Part shown: in pieces, positions 49,050-62,379 of the stretch | Layout of the letters: every line of letters begins with the position of its first letter | Position numbering within the stretch: the stretch's first letter is position 1 | NCBI RefSeq assembly: GCF_020745735.1 | Contig: NC_083404.1 | Coordinates: 59,085,731-59,149,730 of the forward strand | Length of the DNA stretch: 64,000 nucleotides | Source of the DNA: Hemiscyllium ocellatum | Taxonomy: Eukaryota | Reading direction: 5' to 3' | Program-made: the position numbers and the translations under genes | The notes under the pieces: model-generated | Database searches by the model: none | Told to the model about the DNA's origin: nothing | Seen by the model: only the letters and a program-made list of their open reading frames with translations

Positions 49050-52000
49050 TGTTATGAACCAGGCCCGACCCTCAAAATATTTTCACGCATGTGGCCCAGA
49101 CCCTAATTTTGCTATTTGATTTACCTAAAATGTATAGCAAATTTTCCCAGAGAAAATTAGCTGATCAGACTAATGAGTTTAAACAGAACAGAACTTATGT
49201 ACAAGATTACAGAACCAAACACAGAACAGAAAATAGAATACCAAAACATATCTGATCCACACCTGACAGGCTATCCTGACGTAATGATGCTATTCCAAAA
49301 TACTTGCAACAATCCCAATAAACACCTTTTAGCACAAAACGTAAAAATGAAACAAAGCCTTATAGGTTTAAAGTCAGAAGAGGAGAGAGAGCGGCAGCTT
49401 TTCTGTCAGACTGCAGCTGAATTCAACTGACTAATCTAAACGAAGGCTAGCTACGCAGGTTTTTTTTAAGACTGGAAAGCCTTTTGCTGGATGTATTATC
49501 TGTTAGGTGTAAACAAGAAGGGCCACAATAAACTATCCAACCCAGTCTAGTTGGAACCTGGCCAATTACCCCCTTTCTGGGAAAAAAAACCTCAAAGGTG
49601 CAGTAGCCTTGAGAAAGGACCGGCTTCGTCAAACCTCCCCCTTTGAAAGAAAAATGAACCATCAATTTCCAAAGATGGCTACATTTTTCAAAACTCCAAA
49701 AAAAGTGTTTAGTACCCTAAAACACACACACATTCACTGACTATAAACATGCTCAACTACATTCGGATTCAGTCTGTGGCACTCCCACCATCAAATGCCT
49801 CTGTATCTTAGTCAAGTCTTGACAATGCATCAGCAAAATTGTTTTCTCAACCTGCCACATGCATAATTTTCAAACTGAATGGCTGTAACAACAAGCTCCA
49901 TCTAAACAGTCTGGCATTTTTGTCCTTAAATTTCTCCACAAATTTCAATGGTTTATGATTAGTGTATATGATTGTCTCAGATGTGTTACTGGTAACATTC
50001 ACTGAAATGTTGTAACGTTAATACCAAGCTTAAAGTCTCCTCAACTGTCAAATACTTCTGATAAACATTCAACTTCTTGGAGAAATACCTGAGAGGTCTT
50101 TCTATCTCCTTGTCGTTTTCCTGCAGGATCACAGCACCAACATCCTTATCACTTGCATTGATAGCCACCTTTGAAATGCTTTGCATAATTAGGCATGGCT
50201 AATACTGGGGTAGTGGTTAACACAGTTTTCAGGCTGTCAAACACCTTTTGATGGTCCGCTATCCACTGAAACTACTTGCCTTTCTTCAGTAATTCAATGA
50301 ATGGAGCGGCCATGCTGCTAAAATTTGGCACAAATTTGGTAAAATCCACTTGATCCCAGGAACTGTAGTACTGTTCTTTTTGCCGATGGTATGGGAAACT
50401 TTCCAATTGCCTTTGTTTTCGCATCATATGGGGCCATTTGTCAGTGCCCAATAATATAGCCTCGGAAGATGACTTGAGCTTTGGCAAATTTACTTTCAGC
50501 CAGGTTTATTACCAAGCCTGCCTTAAAAGCCGATTGAACAAGAATGATAAATGTAAATGTTCCTTCCATGTGTGAGACTAAAAATCACTAGATCATCTAT
50601 GTACATAACACGGTTGGGTAATCCAGCAATGACCTTATTGGTTAATCTCTGAAATGTGACTTGCACAATTTTCATACCAAATGGCATGACTTTAAACTGA
50701 TACAATCCATTCGGCATTACAAAACCCAAAATTGCCTTTGCTCTTTCTGACAAAGGTACCTGCCAATATCCTCTGAGCGAGTCCAACTTAGAAATATAAG
50801 TTGCTTGTCTCGCCTTTTCAACACCGTCTTCCAACCATTAAATCGGATATGCATCAATCTTTGTAACTTCTTTAACTTTGTGATAGTCCGCACATAACGG
50901 TTGGGTACCATCTGGCTTTGGTACCATTACTATTAGTGAGCTCCAGTCACTGTAACTCATTTTGATTATGTTGTCTTGGCGCATACGTTCAATCTTCTTT
51001 TGAACCTGTCACAACGTTAGAGATTGTTGCTTAATCAGAACATCTTCTATATCTACATCATGCACAATTAGATTAGTACTTCCTAGTTTATTTCCGCATA
51101 TCTCCCCATGTTAGTGATTACTATTTCAGGTCATTTTGATTTTCCTCAGTAAGGTAACTCAATTTATCCCAATTTTTGACAATTTCCTCATTGTCCAATT
51201 TAATTTGAGGCATGTCCAATTCAGAATCCTCTGAACTTGGTTCTTCCCTCTGTGCTGCAATCATTAACACCTCCTCTTGCTTTCCTTCCCTGTCAAAATA
51301 TCTTTTGAGCAAATTCACATGACACACTGAGATTTCTTCCTGTCTGGTGTCTCTATCAAGTAGTTCACCTCACTCCATTTCCTTTTGATTTGATAAGTCC
51401 ACTAAATCTTTCTTTTAAAAGTTCACCTATCCCCAATAGATAAATTGCAGATTTTTGATTTCTTGTTTGCCTCCTGTTTCATTGCAAGCTGCGATTCGTT
51501 TAAATGCTGTCTTGTCAACTCCCCAGTTCTATTTAATCGTTCCCTAAAATTTAGTACATAGTCCAAATGCGTGGTCACCAAATTCTGAGTTACTAATTTC
51601 TCCTTACTCTATTTTTATTGATCTTCTCACTTCATGCCCAAAAACTAATTCAAATGGACTGATTTTAGTTGATTCATTAGGTGCATCTCTGATCATAAAA
51701 AGCACAAACAGAACTGCTTTATCCCAATCACCTGGATAGTCTTTACTGTAAGCCCTCAACATGGTTTCAAAGTTTGATGCCACCTTTCTAGTGTTCCCTG
51801 CGATTCTGGATGGTACGCAGTTGCTTTGAATTGTTTTATTCTTTAACTGTCCATAACTTGCTTGAATAGTTTTGATGTGAAGTTTGAATCTTGATCTGAC
51901 TGTATCTCTATTGGTAGTCCATATCTAGCGAAAAATTTTTAGTCATTCCTAGACAATCCTTTTATGATATTGTGTAATGGAACAGCCTCTAGAAATCTAG

Positions 52001-54791
52001 TTATTGTTAACAAATACTGATTCCCACTTCTTTGCGGTAGGGGACCTACACAATCACTTAAGACTCTTGTAAAAGATTTCTCAAATGCTGGAATAGATAT
52101 TAAAGATGCAGGTTTTATTACCGCCTGTGGTTTTCCAATTACTTGACATGGTGGGGTATGACATGTCTGGCAAAATTCAACTACATCCTTGTGCAGTCCA
52201 GAGCAGTAAAAATGTCTGTGTTTTAGCCTGTGTTTTCCTCACCTCTAAATGACCTCCATGTTAGCTCATGCGCCATCGCAACACCTCTTTTCTATACCCC
52301 ACTGGCAATATGATTTGATGAATTTCTGTCCATTCTCATCTCCCTGAATATGTGATGGTCTCCATTTCCTCACAGACATAATTTTTCAGGTAATAATGTT
52401 TAGGGATATATTTGGATTTCTTCTCTGTAATTATCTTTTGATACAACTGCTTTTAAGTTTACATCTTTCTGCTGTAACTCAAATATTTTAGCTGATCTAA
52501 AGATGTCTGCATTGTCATTTATTTGCTTCTGTTTTGAAGTGGCTAATGTCACTTCAGCTGTCTTATCTGTACTCTTTGATCTCTCCTATTTCAACTGGTG
52601 GCTTTGTGACCTCGTTACCACACAGTCAGGAAAAATTCCAGGATGTATGTCCTACATTTTCAGTTGCCTGAATTTCCACTGGCTTTTCAACCATAGCAGG
52701 CAGCAGTCCTTTCGGTAAACCAGCTATATCATTAGCGAAGACAAATTGTATTCCTGGAGCTGAGAGTTTGTCCACTACCACAAATTCTCCACTCTTTTCT
52801 GCTCACTCTAACCTCACTTTACAGAATTTAAACACTTTTTATCTCACTGTGAATTCCTGTTATCAGTACCTTTGCTGGCAATAGTCCTTCAGAAGTACAT
52901 ATCTCCTCATGTCCTCATCTTTCAGCATCGCAGACTGAGAGGATCAGGTGTCTCTTAATATTGTAACCTCTTTACCTGCCACTCCTCTAAGGGAATAAAC
53001 TTCACCTTTGCAGGTAGCAGATCTGGCACTTCCTCCTTAACCAACCTCTGATCAGCTTGTACATTCTGGTGCAGCTTTCTAGGCTCTAATGGGTTTTATG
53101 TAACCACTCTAACTAAACGCCCAGGCTTGTCCTGTTTTCCTACATCTGGCTTTCCAGTGCTTCTCCTAGCCCACCAACACTGATTTCATGTGGTCTACTT
53201 TGTTACAATGAAAACACCAGAGCTATTTAAATTCTTTGTCCCCTTCAAGGGTTTCCTTTTTAAGCCGTGATAAGTTATCCTTATGATCTTCACCAAGATC
53301 TAACTTTCCCTTTCCACGTGAGGATTTCTCTTTTGCCCCCATTTCTATCCCTCATAGACTGAATTTGATTCTGGAAGCCAAACAGTGTGAGGCAGTCCAT
53401 AAAACAATCATCAGCCACTTCAGCTGCTAACTTTGCAGTTTTAACATTCTGCTCTTCCACATGAGTTTGCACTACATCAGGAAGTAAACTTTTGAATTTC
53501 TCCAAAATAATTGTCTCTCTAAGAGCGACGTAGGTTTGCTCTGTTTTTAATGCTCTTATCCACCTATTAAAATCACTCTGTTTGATCCTTTCAATCTCAA
53601 TATAGATTTGAACAGAGTCCCACCTTAGATTTCTGAAACATTCTCTTAGGCTTCTCGTACAAGCTCATATGCACATTAAGATGGCTTTCTTCACCTCCAC
53701 AGACTCTCCAGATACTCCCTCTGGTACTGATGCAAATGCCTCACTAGCTCTGCCTACAGGTTTGTTTGGATCAACAAAACCCACATAGTCACTGGCCACT
53801 GCATTTGTTTAGCCACTTTTTCAAATGAAGTGAAAAAGCCTGCTACAGCCTTCTCATAAAAGTTAGGCAATGCTTGAACATAAACAGTTTCTCACCAGGC
53901 TTTTTGATTACCAGGGGCTCATCCCCACTCTCTTCCTTACTAGACATTTCTTCAGCATTCATCTCCATCCTTTTTAAACTGACTTTCCTTTCTAAGTGTC
54001 ATTTTCAGGAGTTCAAACTCTCTCTTGTTCTTTCTCTTCTGCTAATGCCCATCGTTCTTTTTCTTTCTCTTCTGCTTTTAATTGTAACTCTAACTGTTTC
54101 ATGTCTGCTGCCCTTTCCTTTTCTCTCACCTCCAACTCAACTGTTTCATTTGCAATTAAATTTTAACCATCTCTACAGATCCAGGTGGTATTTCCAGCAA
54201 ATTTAAATGCTGAGCCATTGCTGTAATCAACTCTACTTTCTTCACAGAATGATGTAGCTTCACCTCCAATTTGTCTGCTAATTCCCACAGCTTGACCTTG
54301 ACTATCTTGTGTAAAAACCCATGGTTATATCTTCTACCTCCAGAAAACTCTTGGTGACTGAAAGAGTCATTGCTATCCCAAGTTCAGTTTACCCAACCAA
54401 ATCAACTTCCAGAATGAAGACGCTAACACCTACCACTCACTGGCCTCCAGTCCAAACAATTTGAATCCCAAATCCCAATTTAGAAATACAGACTAGCCCC
54501 CAATCTGTTATGGACCAGGTCCGAACCCTCTGTTTTTAAGCAGGTATACCAGACCCTAACTTTGCAAGTTGATTTACCCACATGTACGACGGATTTTTCC
54601 AGCAAGAATTAGCTGGTCAGTCTAATGATTTTTAAGACTTGAAAGCCTTCTGTTGGACTTATTATCTGTTCGTATAAATAAAAGGGCCCCTATAAACTAT
54701 CTAAACTCAGTCTAGTTGAACCTGGCCAATTACTCCCTCTTGGGGGTACTCAAGGGTACATAAACCTTGAGAAAGGACCAGCTTTGTCACA
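49050..54791 (-). mobile_element. Gmr1-type Ty3/Gypsy LTR retrotransposon, full-length but decayed, inside FBXO43 intron 4 and inserted in a CR1 fragment
   Basis: LTRs 54506-54791 (5') and 49050-49633 (3'); PBS TGGGGGCTAGTC (tRNA-Pro-like) 54485-54502; PPT AAAGGGGGAGG ~49634-49644; order on - strand is gag (ATG ~54370), protease, integrase (DCVGPLP / IQSDQ / PESQG), RT (YIDDLVIF), RNase H (AINASDKDVGAVILQ). Confidence 0.88.
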
Positions 54792-55278
54792 CGTTTCCAC
54801 CTCTATCTTAAGACTTATACTTGCTATCTTTTAGCTCTAGTGGAAATCAGTCCAGGCTGTCGGGCTTATCATATGACAACTGATTAATTCCAGATATCAA
54901 TCTAGTAAACCTCCTCTGAACTGTTATTAAACACCATTGCATTTTTCCTTAAATAAAGACACGAAAGATGCACCCTACATAATGAGGCTTAAAATCTTTC
55001 TTTTATGTTCAACTCGTCTTGTGATAAAGGATTGCTGTTACTGCCTTAATTATCCGAGTTAATGGAAAGAAAAAATCCATTGTTTGTATTGTTCTAGTTG
55101 TTAGCTTCCTGCTGGAAGTGATAGTATTGTGCTGGATGTATATGCTTTCTGATAATTCTTCGAAGCAGCATGGTAAACTATTTCTGCTCTGAAATTGTAT
55201 CTTAAGAAAAGGAGTTCATTTTTGATGAGGACTAATTGTAAGAGATGATGTGACCTAAATATTTACTTTTACCACCAG

Positions 55279-55527
55279 GTTGCACAAACTCTCTTTAATG
55301 ATGAAGCTCTAAAACCATGCCCACGATGTCAATCGCCAGCTCGGTACAATCCAATGAAGAAACGAGGCCTCTGCAGTCGAGAAGGGTGCGCATTTGACTT
55401 CTGCACTCAGTGTTTTTGTGGTTTCCATGGTTCTAAAGAATGTGTCAGCAGGTCTACAAAACGTTTAGTCAATAAAGGAGGACCACCAGGAAGTGCTCAA
55501 AGCAAGCGGAATTTGAAGAGATTGTAA
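55279..55527 (+). CDS. FBXO43: FBXO43 last coding exon (249 nt; ZBR zinc-binding region and RL tail)
   Basis: caccag|GTT; [55 protein letters not shown]...[13 protein letters not shown]. Confidence 0.97.
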   Translation, partial: VAQTLFNDEALKPCPRCQSPARYNPMKKRGLCSREGCAFDFCTQCFCGFHGSKECVSRSTKRLVNKGGPPGSAQSKRNLKRL

Positions 55528-56285
55528 TCTTGTGTATATATGAAAACAGATGAATCTCCCCCAACACTCTTCAATTTCTTGGATGTTATAAGCTGTTTGT
55601 GCACCTGTATGCAAACATTTAAGAAAGAACTACTTGATGTTTACCTAAATGAGTTTGTACATAATGAATAAGTGAAGAGGGGGAGTTTGTAATGCTGAGA
55701 TTACAACCGTTCCCCTTTCACTTAATTGTAAATGCATATTTGATTTTAGCAATTTTATTTTCCTGTTTTCCAAATAATTCTGTATTCTTTGATGTGCACT
55801 ATGTAATAGAAACAACTTGCTCCAAAGTCACTGTGAATTTTTATGAACTACTTTAGGGCAACAATTAAACAAGCCAATCCAAGATAATGAATATATGATG
55901 AAAATGTAATCATAAACCACTGGACCAACGCTATGAACTTTGGTTATCTTAGATTAAACAAATGGCGATATAAACTTGTCTATTTTCCTTCTAACTCCCT
56001 CCTCCTCAACCCCTTTTTCTTTAAGTTAAAAGAAAATGTTATTGGACACTGAGAAAATGAAGACCATGGAGTTTGAAATCTAACTTTCATCCATTGTTTC
56101 AGATGTTTGTGAAGAACTGTTAATTGTTGGCTCTGCCCAAATTCGAGACAACAGGTATGTGTAAATATATAGTAGGTTTCAAATGTATATAGTTTTATGT
56201 GTTAATAGAAATTGTCTTTTAAATGGTTTTAATCTGTATGCTTAATAAAGTTATTTTAATAAAACTCCTAAAAAATATTGTGAAT
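55528..56285 (+). promoter_or_regulatory. FBXO43: FBXO43 3'UTR with CPEs, Pumilio elements and two AATAAA signals
   Basis: AATAAA at 56244 and 56258; TTTTAT/TTTTAAT at 55753, 55839, 56193, 56227, 56254; TGTANATA at 55533, 55656, 56160, 56184. Confidence 0.75.
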
Positions 56286-56579
56286 GCATTTTTTCCCTGC
56301 CTCCAAATTCTTCAAATTTGTTTTTTAACACTTCAAGCTTTTGCCAAGTTTCATTGCCTTCAGGCATTTCAAGCTTATTTATTGCAGATGCAATTTAATT
56401 CATTGCTATTGTCAAAAACAGAACTAGCTTTACATTTAGTATTCTATATAAAATTGATGCAAAAAAAACCCAGCGTTGGCTCACGTCTGTGTTTTTATTT
56501 GCGGTAACTTTCAGTAATATGGAAGGTGTTATATAGTGCAAAGGCTGATTTTTAAAATAACACTAATAAAAATAGCAAG

Positions 56580-57460
56580 TTTTGAGAAGATTTGTAGCTC
56601 AGGTTGAAATTCTGGATGTCAGTTTGCTCGCTGAACTGGAAGGTTTGTTTTCAGACGATTTGTCACGAGGTAACATCACTGAGTTTCCAGTGAAATACTG
56701 GTGTTATGATCTGCTTTCTATTGATATGTTTAGATTTCCTTGGGTTGGTGATGTCTTGTCCTGTGGTGAAGTAGTTTCCTGTTCTTTTTCTCAGTGGGTT
56801 GTAAATGGGGTCCAAGTCAATGTGTTTGTTGAGTGTGTTTCGGTTGGACTGCCTTGCTTCTAAGAGTTCTCTTGCATGTATCTATTCTGGCTTGTCCTAG
56901 GATGGATGTGTTGTCCCTGTCGAAGTAGTGTCCTTCCTCTTCCGCATATGATAGTGGGTCATGTCTTTTTGTGGCTGGTTGATGTTCGTTTATCCTGGTG
57001 GCTATTTTTGTCTGTTTGTCCAAATATAGTGTTTGTTACAGTTTTTGCATGGCATTTCGTAAATGTTAGTTTTGCTGATCTATGTAGGGTCTTTTAAGTT
57101 CATTAACTGCTGTCTTAGTGTGTTGGTGAGTTTGTGGGCTACCATGATACCAAAAGGTCGGAGTATTCTGGCAGTCATTTCTGAGATGTTTTGTAGGGGA
57201 GAGTGGCTAGAGTTTCTGGAGTGTTGTCTGCTTCCTGACATAGAGATCAGAACTCTATCAACAAACACATCAACTTGGAGCCCATTTACCTCGCTCTGAG
57301 AACAGGAAATGACATCAACCCAAAGAAACCTAAACACACAAATGGAAAGCAGGTCATAACACCAGTGCTTCACTTACAGACTCATTGATGTTACCTGGTA
57401 TGGTGACGAAACGTCTGAACGTGTATCTTCCAGCTCAGCAAGCAAACTTATGTCCAGAGC
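56580..57460 (-). mobile_element. Penelope-like element fragment with inverted duplication of its 3' end
   Basis: GIY-YIG-type remnants in ORFs 56817-57023 and 57080-57373; 57250-57460 is the reverse complement of ~56590-56835. Confidence 0.78.
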
Positions 57461-60109
57461 TAATACATCATTTTAGCTGACTGTTATTTGTATCACTTTG
57501 CATTCTGTAAACTATTCTGCATATTGGTTATCTTGTGGAGAGTGTGAGAAATGGTCATAAATGATCTGGGATTGAGAAACCTGTGGTGAATATTCTGTGA
57601 GTAGCTAGTAGTTTATAAGAAATGTAACATTTATGGGAAGTGCAGCAATAGCTTATTCAAAATTTCTCTATTCTGTGACATGTCTTTACTGCCTGCTCTT
57701 GAAAGAAACTGGTAGTTTCCCTGCTCACATTATTCAGTTCATTTTTGGATATCAAATTTATAATTTACTGCTGGAAAGACACTTTTTTTGTTTGTTTCCC
57801 CAACCCAAAATTAAAGCACCTATAGCTTTCCTTCTACCCCTTTCCTGCTTGATAATCTTCGCCATTTTCCCTTTGTGTCCCAAGTATGAAAACTCCTGAT
57901 GGCACTCCTCCTTTTGACATTTTCTCACCAGTATCCCTGCTATCTTCACATCACTTGTTATTTCAGGATCACTTTCTCAGTGTTTCTATCTGTCTTGAAT
58001 ATTTTTCTAATATCTTGAATTGCATACATGCCCAGTGCCTGCTGTTATGTCCTAGGATGGCTGCAGCTTAGAACTCTCAATATTCATTCTCATTTCTGCT
58101 ATGTTTCTTCTTATGCTTAGAATTTCAAATTCAAATGCCCTTCTACATCTGCCTCATCATTATTGTCCAAACGCCATCAAACTACGGAGTACAGGCAGCC
58201 CCTGGCTTGCAAACTGATTCAGTTCTTGAGTATGTTTGCAAGTCGGAACATGGTACAAGGAAATTTACAATAGCCATTCTTAAGTAACAGGAAATGTTTG
58301 TGTCAGTTCTTTCAATATTAATGTACAATTGTAAAGGATTTGTTCATAAGTAGGATGTTTGTAAATCAGGGACCAATTTGGAATGTACTAGTCTTTCTCA
58401 CTTTTTTTTTGTCAAGGAACTATTCTATGACTGGACTTCCTATCTTTGGTTTTCTTTCTTTAATTTAGTGTTTGTGCTTTTTTTAAATGTTCTCGAGAGA
58501 TCATTTGACTTAAGTATTGAGCCTCTCTTTCTTCTCTCCCTCTTTCCCCCTCCTTTCCCTTGAGATATTGCCTGACAATTCCAGTATTTTCTTTTCTTAT
58601 GGATATAATCAAGGTCATTAGTTACTTGCACATGCTTATCCTTTATGAAACTTGAATCCTTTATCTTGAGTCAAAGCTTACTGTACCTTGTACTGTGTAG
58701 AATAAAATGTGCTTTCTGGTTTGAATAGCAGCTTAACTGTGGTGTTTTAATTTCTTACATGGGAATGAAATCTATCAAAAACCATTTTAAGAATAGCCAA
58801 AATGATTCAGTCATTGTAATAGTTACAGGGTCAACAATGTCCAGTTTTAAACAATGCAATTTCCACCATAAACAGAAATTTCTGAAGAAACTCAGGCATA
58901 GCAGCATCTGCAGTCAGAAAGCAGAGTTAACGCTTCAGGTCTAGTAACACTTCTCCAGAACGCTTTCTAGCTAGAAAGAGACAGAGTGGGAAAGGAACAA
59001 GAAAGTAGAAGGTTATGTAATCCAGCAAGAGTGAGTGACAGGCAGACAAAAGGATGGATAATGGTAAGTCAAGGAGAAATTTCAGCTGATAATGGAGACC
59101 ATAGCTAGGTGAAAATGGGTTGGCTATGCTGAAAGCAGCTTATTTCATGATAGGATATTGACTGTGCCTTGGGTAAAGGTGTTGAGGTTCTAAAATAATG
59201 GAACTCTATATAAAGTCCTGAAGACTGCATGGTCCCTAAACAGAAAATGAGGTGCTGCGGTTCAAGCTGGTCTGAATTTTGCTGGAACACTGCAGAAGGC
59301 CAGAGACAGATGTTTACCAATCTCAATTACTAAACTTCTGGCTCCAAGCAATGGAATGTGGACAAGTGCAAGTTACAATACATCTTGGAGGAAAATAGAA
59401 GACCAAATATTATTTCTTTATCCAACTTGACCCGCATACTATTTTAGCAAGTTGACCAGAATTGAATAATTTACAATTCTATAGTGGACCTTGGTTGTAT
59501 GGTAGAATTATAAAGTACTGATATTTGATGTCTCATTTTGAAACTATGTATGATTATTCAGAAGTAGCATTTAGACTAATACATTTTCCAATTTTGTATC
59601 AATGCAGAAAGTCCAAAGACTACATACATTTCAATATATGCACATCAGTTAACTTAAGCTGGTTTTCCACTGATGGTCCAAGACAAAAATAACGTCTTCC
59701 TCAGCTCAAAAATGAACCAAATTGTGCTGACAGGGAAATTACCCATTTTCCTTTAAGTGCTGGTAGATAATATATTTTGTAGTGACTTCCATGACTTTGC
59801 TGCCTTGAACTACAGTATTTGATGTAAATGCTTCCACAGTGTCATTCGGAGCGATTGCATTGCCAGGATCTTAACTCTACAACTGTAAAGGAATTACACA
59901 TTTCCAAGTCTGCATACTGTATGATTTGAAATGGGTCTCGGTCATTAATGTTTTCCACGTGCCTGCTATCCTGGTCATTTTAGTTGATCATGTGGCATAG
60001 CAGAAGAAATCAAAATTGATGTTCAATATTTGCAAGTTGCCAACCATACCTCATGTAAATCTTGTTTAAATTGATAGCTTTGTCAAAAACAGAATTTCTC
60101 AAAATATTA

Positions 60110-60520
60110 CAAAGAATAATACAGCTCAGGAACAGGGCCTTTGACCCTTCAGACCTTTGCCTTTCCATATTAAAACTGACTTCACTTATAGAATCTGTAT
60201 CCCTCTTTTGCCTTCCTATTTGTGTATTTGTCCAGGTGTTTCTTGAATGCTGCTATTGTGTCTGCTTCCACCACCTCTTCTGGCAGTGTTTTCCAGGTAC
60301 ACTCCACCCTTGCCTTGTACATTTCTTTTAAAGTCCACTCCCACCCTTTGCACTTTGAACTTGTGTACCCTAGTAATTGACCCCTCCACTGTGGGGGGGA
60401 AAAAAGCCTCATACTTTCCAATCTGTCCATGCCATTCACAATCTTTTAATCTTCCATCAGGTCACCCTCAATCTCCTGCAATCCTGTAAAAACAAACCTC
60501 ATCTATCCAACCATATTCTA
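60110..60520 (-). mobile_element. CR1 3' fragment
   Basis: ORF 60182-60439 (LPEEVVEADTIAAFKKHLDKY). Confidence 0.78.
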
Positions 60521-61699
60521 AGATTATCTAAGGCCCTCAATGTACAGCCATTTACATTGGTGTTTTTTTTTAATTATGTAAATATTCATTCTGATTCAGG
60601 ATTTAAACCAGTCTTTTAATTTTGTTTGGTGTTATGCATATGACATTTTTTCTGTGATAGCCTAGTAGTAATGGTAGAAGATTGCAAAGTTCAAAATAAT
60701 CTTGTCTTGGGTTTGCCTTTGCTCCTGTACATTGTTGCATTGTCTGTGAATCTCATTGTTCTGAAGATATTTGCTTTGTAATGTGAGGTGAAAGAAATAA
60801 GATGTCCAGACATATTAAATATGTGATTTGATACTAGCTGTGCTGGAGTATTCTGGATTTGCAATTGAAAATCAAATGAGCTTGCCTGAACTGACTATTT
60901 TTTAAAAGAACTTTCTTTGTGGATGGGGGAGGAACACACATCAGGTGTTTTTGTTGAGTACTTCTAGGTTGAGCAGCAATCGTGCTGACCAGACCTGGCA
61001 GGTTGGACCATTATTCATACAAATAGAAAAACAGCTCAATAGGTCCAAATCAGCATTTAGGTTCCACATGAGCCTCTTCCTACTCTCCTCTAGCACCATC
61101 AATCCACTTTCTTTTGTATTTATCTATCTTCACCCTTAAATGTATATGTGCTTGTCACTTTACCTGCTCCTTTTGTGGTTATTTCTGTATTATAAACGCT
61201 ATCTAGTAACATATTTTCCTGAATGCTCTGTCGATTCATTGATGACTATCATTGATTTTATATTCATATGCTTGTTTTAATCTTGATGTGTAATGTGTTT
61301 TAAAGAATATGCTAAAAGTTTTTTCTTTAAAAACATCTATATGCTGGAAATTAAGTTGATAAATATGAAGGACACTGTAAGCTATGTCTATTATAGTGAA
61401 TAGTTTCATAGCCTTTTTAATCTAGTTGCCTGGATGGCTGATTTGCAGTGCAGTGATGCTGACAGCACAGGTTCAATTCCTGCTTTGGCTGAGGTTACCA
61501 TGAGGGTCCTATCACCTAAATCTCATCTGAGACATGATAACCCTCAGGTTAACTCACCAGGAATTGTCTTTATCTGATGTCAGTGGGACTATAGTGACGT
61601 AACTTTGTTGGATAGGTGACAGAACCAAATTTCAACGTCAGATGGCGCTACCTACAACTCATCCACCTGTCCCTTCTTTGTAATAAGTTTCACAAGCTT

Positions 61700-62088
61700 T
61701 ATTTAAAAATCTCAACACCAGGTTATACTGAAAAGGTTTATTTGGAAGCAATAGCTTTCGGAGTGCTGCTCCTTCATTAGCTGGTTGTGGAGGATAAGAT
61801 TGTAAGACAGAATTTATGCAAAAGTTTACAGTGTGATGCAACTGAAATTATATATTGAAAAAGACCTGGATTGTTGTTAAGTCTCTCACCTTTTAGAATG
61901 AGTGTTGATTTCAGTTCTTTCATATGTAAATTGCAGAGTTTTTTAAAAAAAGTCACTTGAATGTAATTTTTTTTTAAAAAGCAGCTATAAGAAAGCTAGT
62001 GCTTCTAAATAAACCAGTTGGACTAAAACCTGCTGTTGTGATTTTTAACTTTGTCCACCCCAGTCCAACACTGGCGTCTCCAAATCAT
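61700..62088. mobile_element. Second family of inverted-repeat Penelope-related short element with a hammerhead-like core
   Basis: 61703-61759 inverted against 61991-62050; - strand CTAATGA-A-GGAG-CAGCA-CTCC-GAAA-GC-TA at 61752-61780. Confidence 0.6.
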
Positions 62089-62379
62089 ATGTTAATCGAA
62101 ACAACCTCGGATACTAGTCTTAAACTTCCTTTGGAATGCTACTATGAAAAGTCAAAGCTGAACGTAAAAAGTCAAAATGTGATACGCTGGAAAACGTATC
62201 GAATGCATGTTTTTTTTTCCCTGTAAACTCATTCCTATCACTATAAACCAACGAGGCCCATGTTCAGGTTTGTGATATCATCTTGCTTTATGACACTTGA
62301 CTGCCATGGTCACTTGGCGTTCAGAACAAAAGACACTGCCAGTTTCCATCACTTTAGGCAGGTTCCTCGGAAATTAAGA

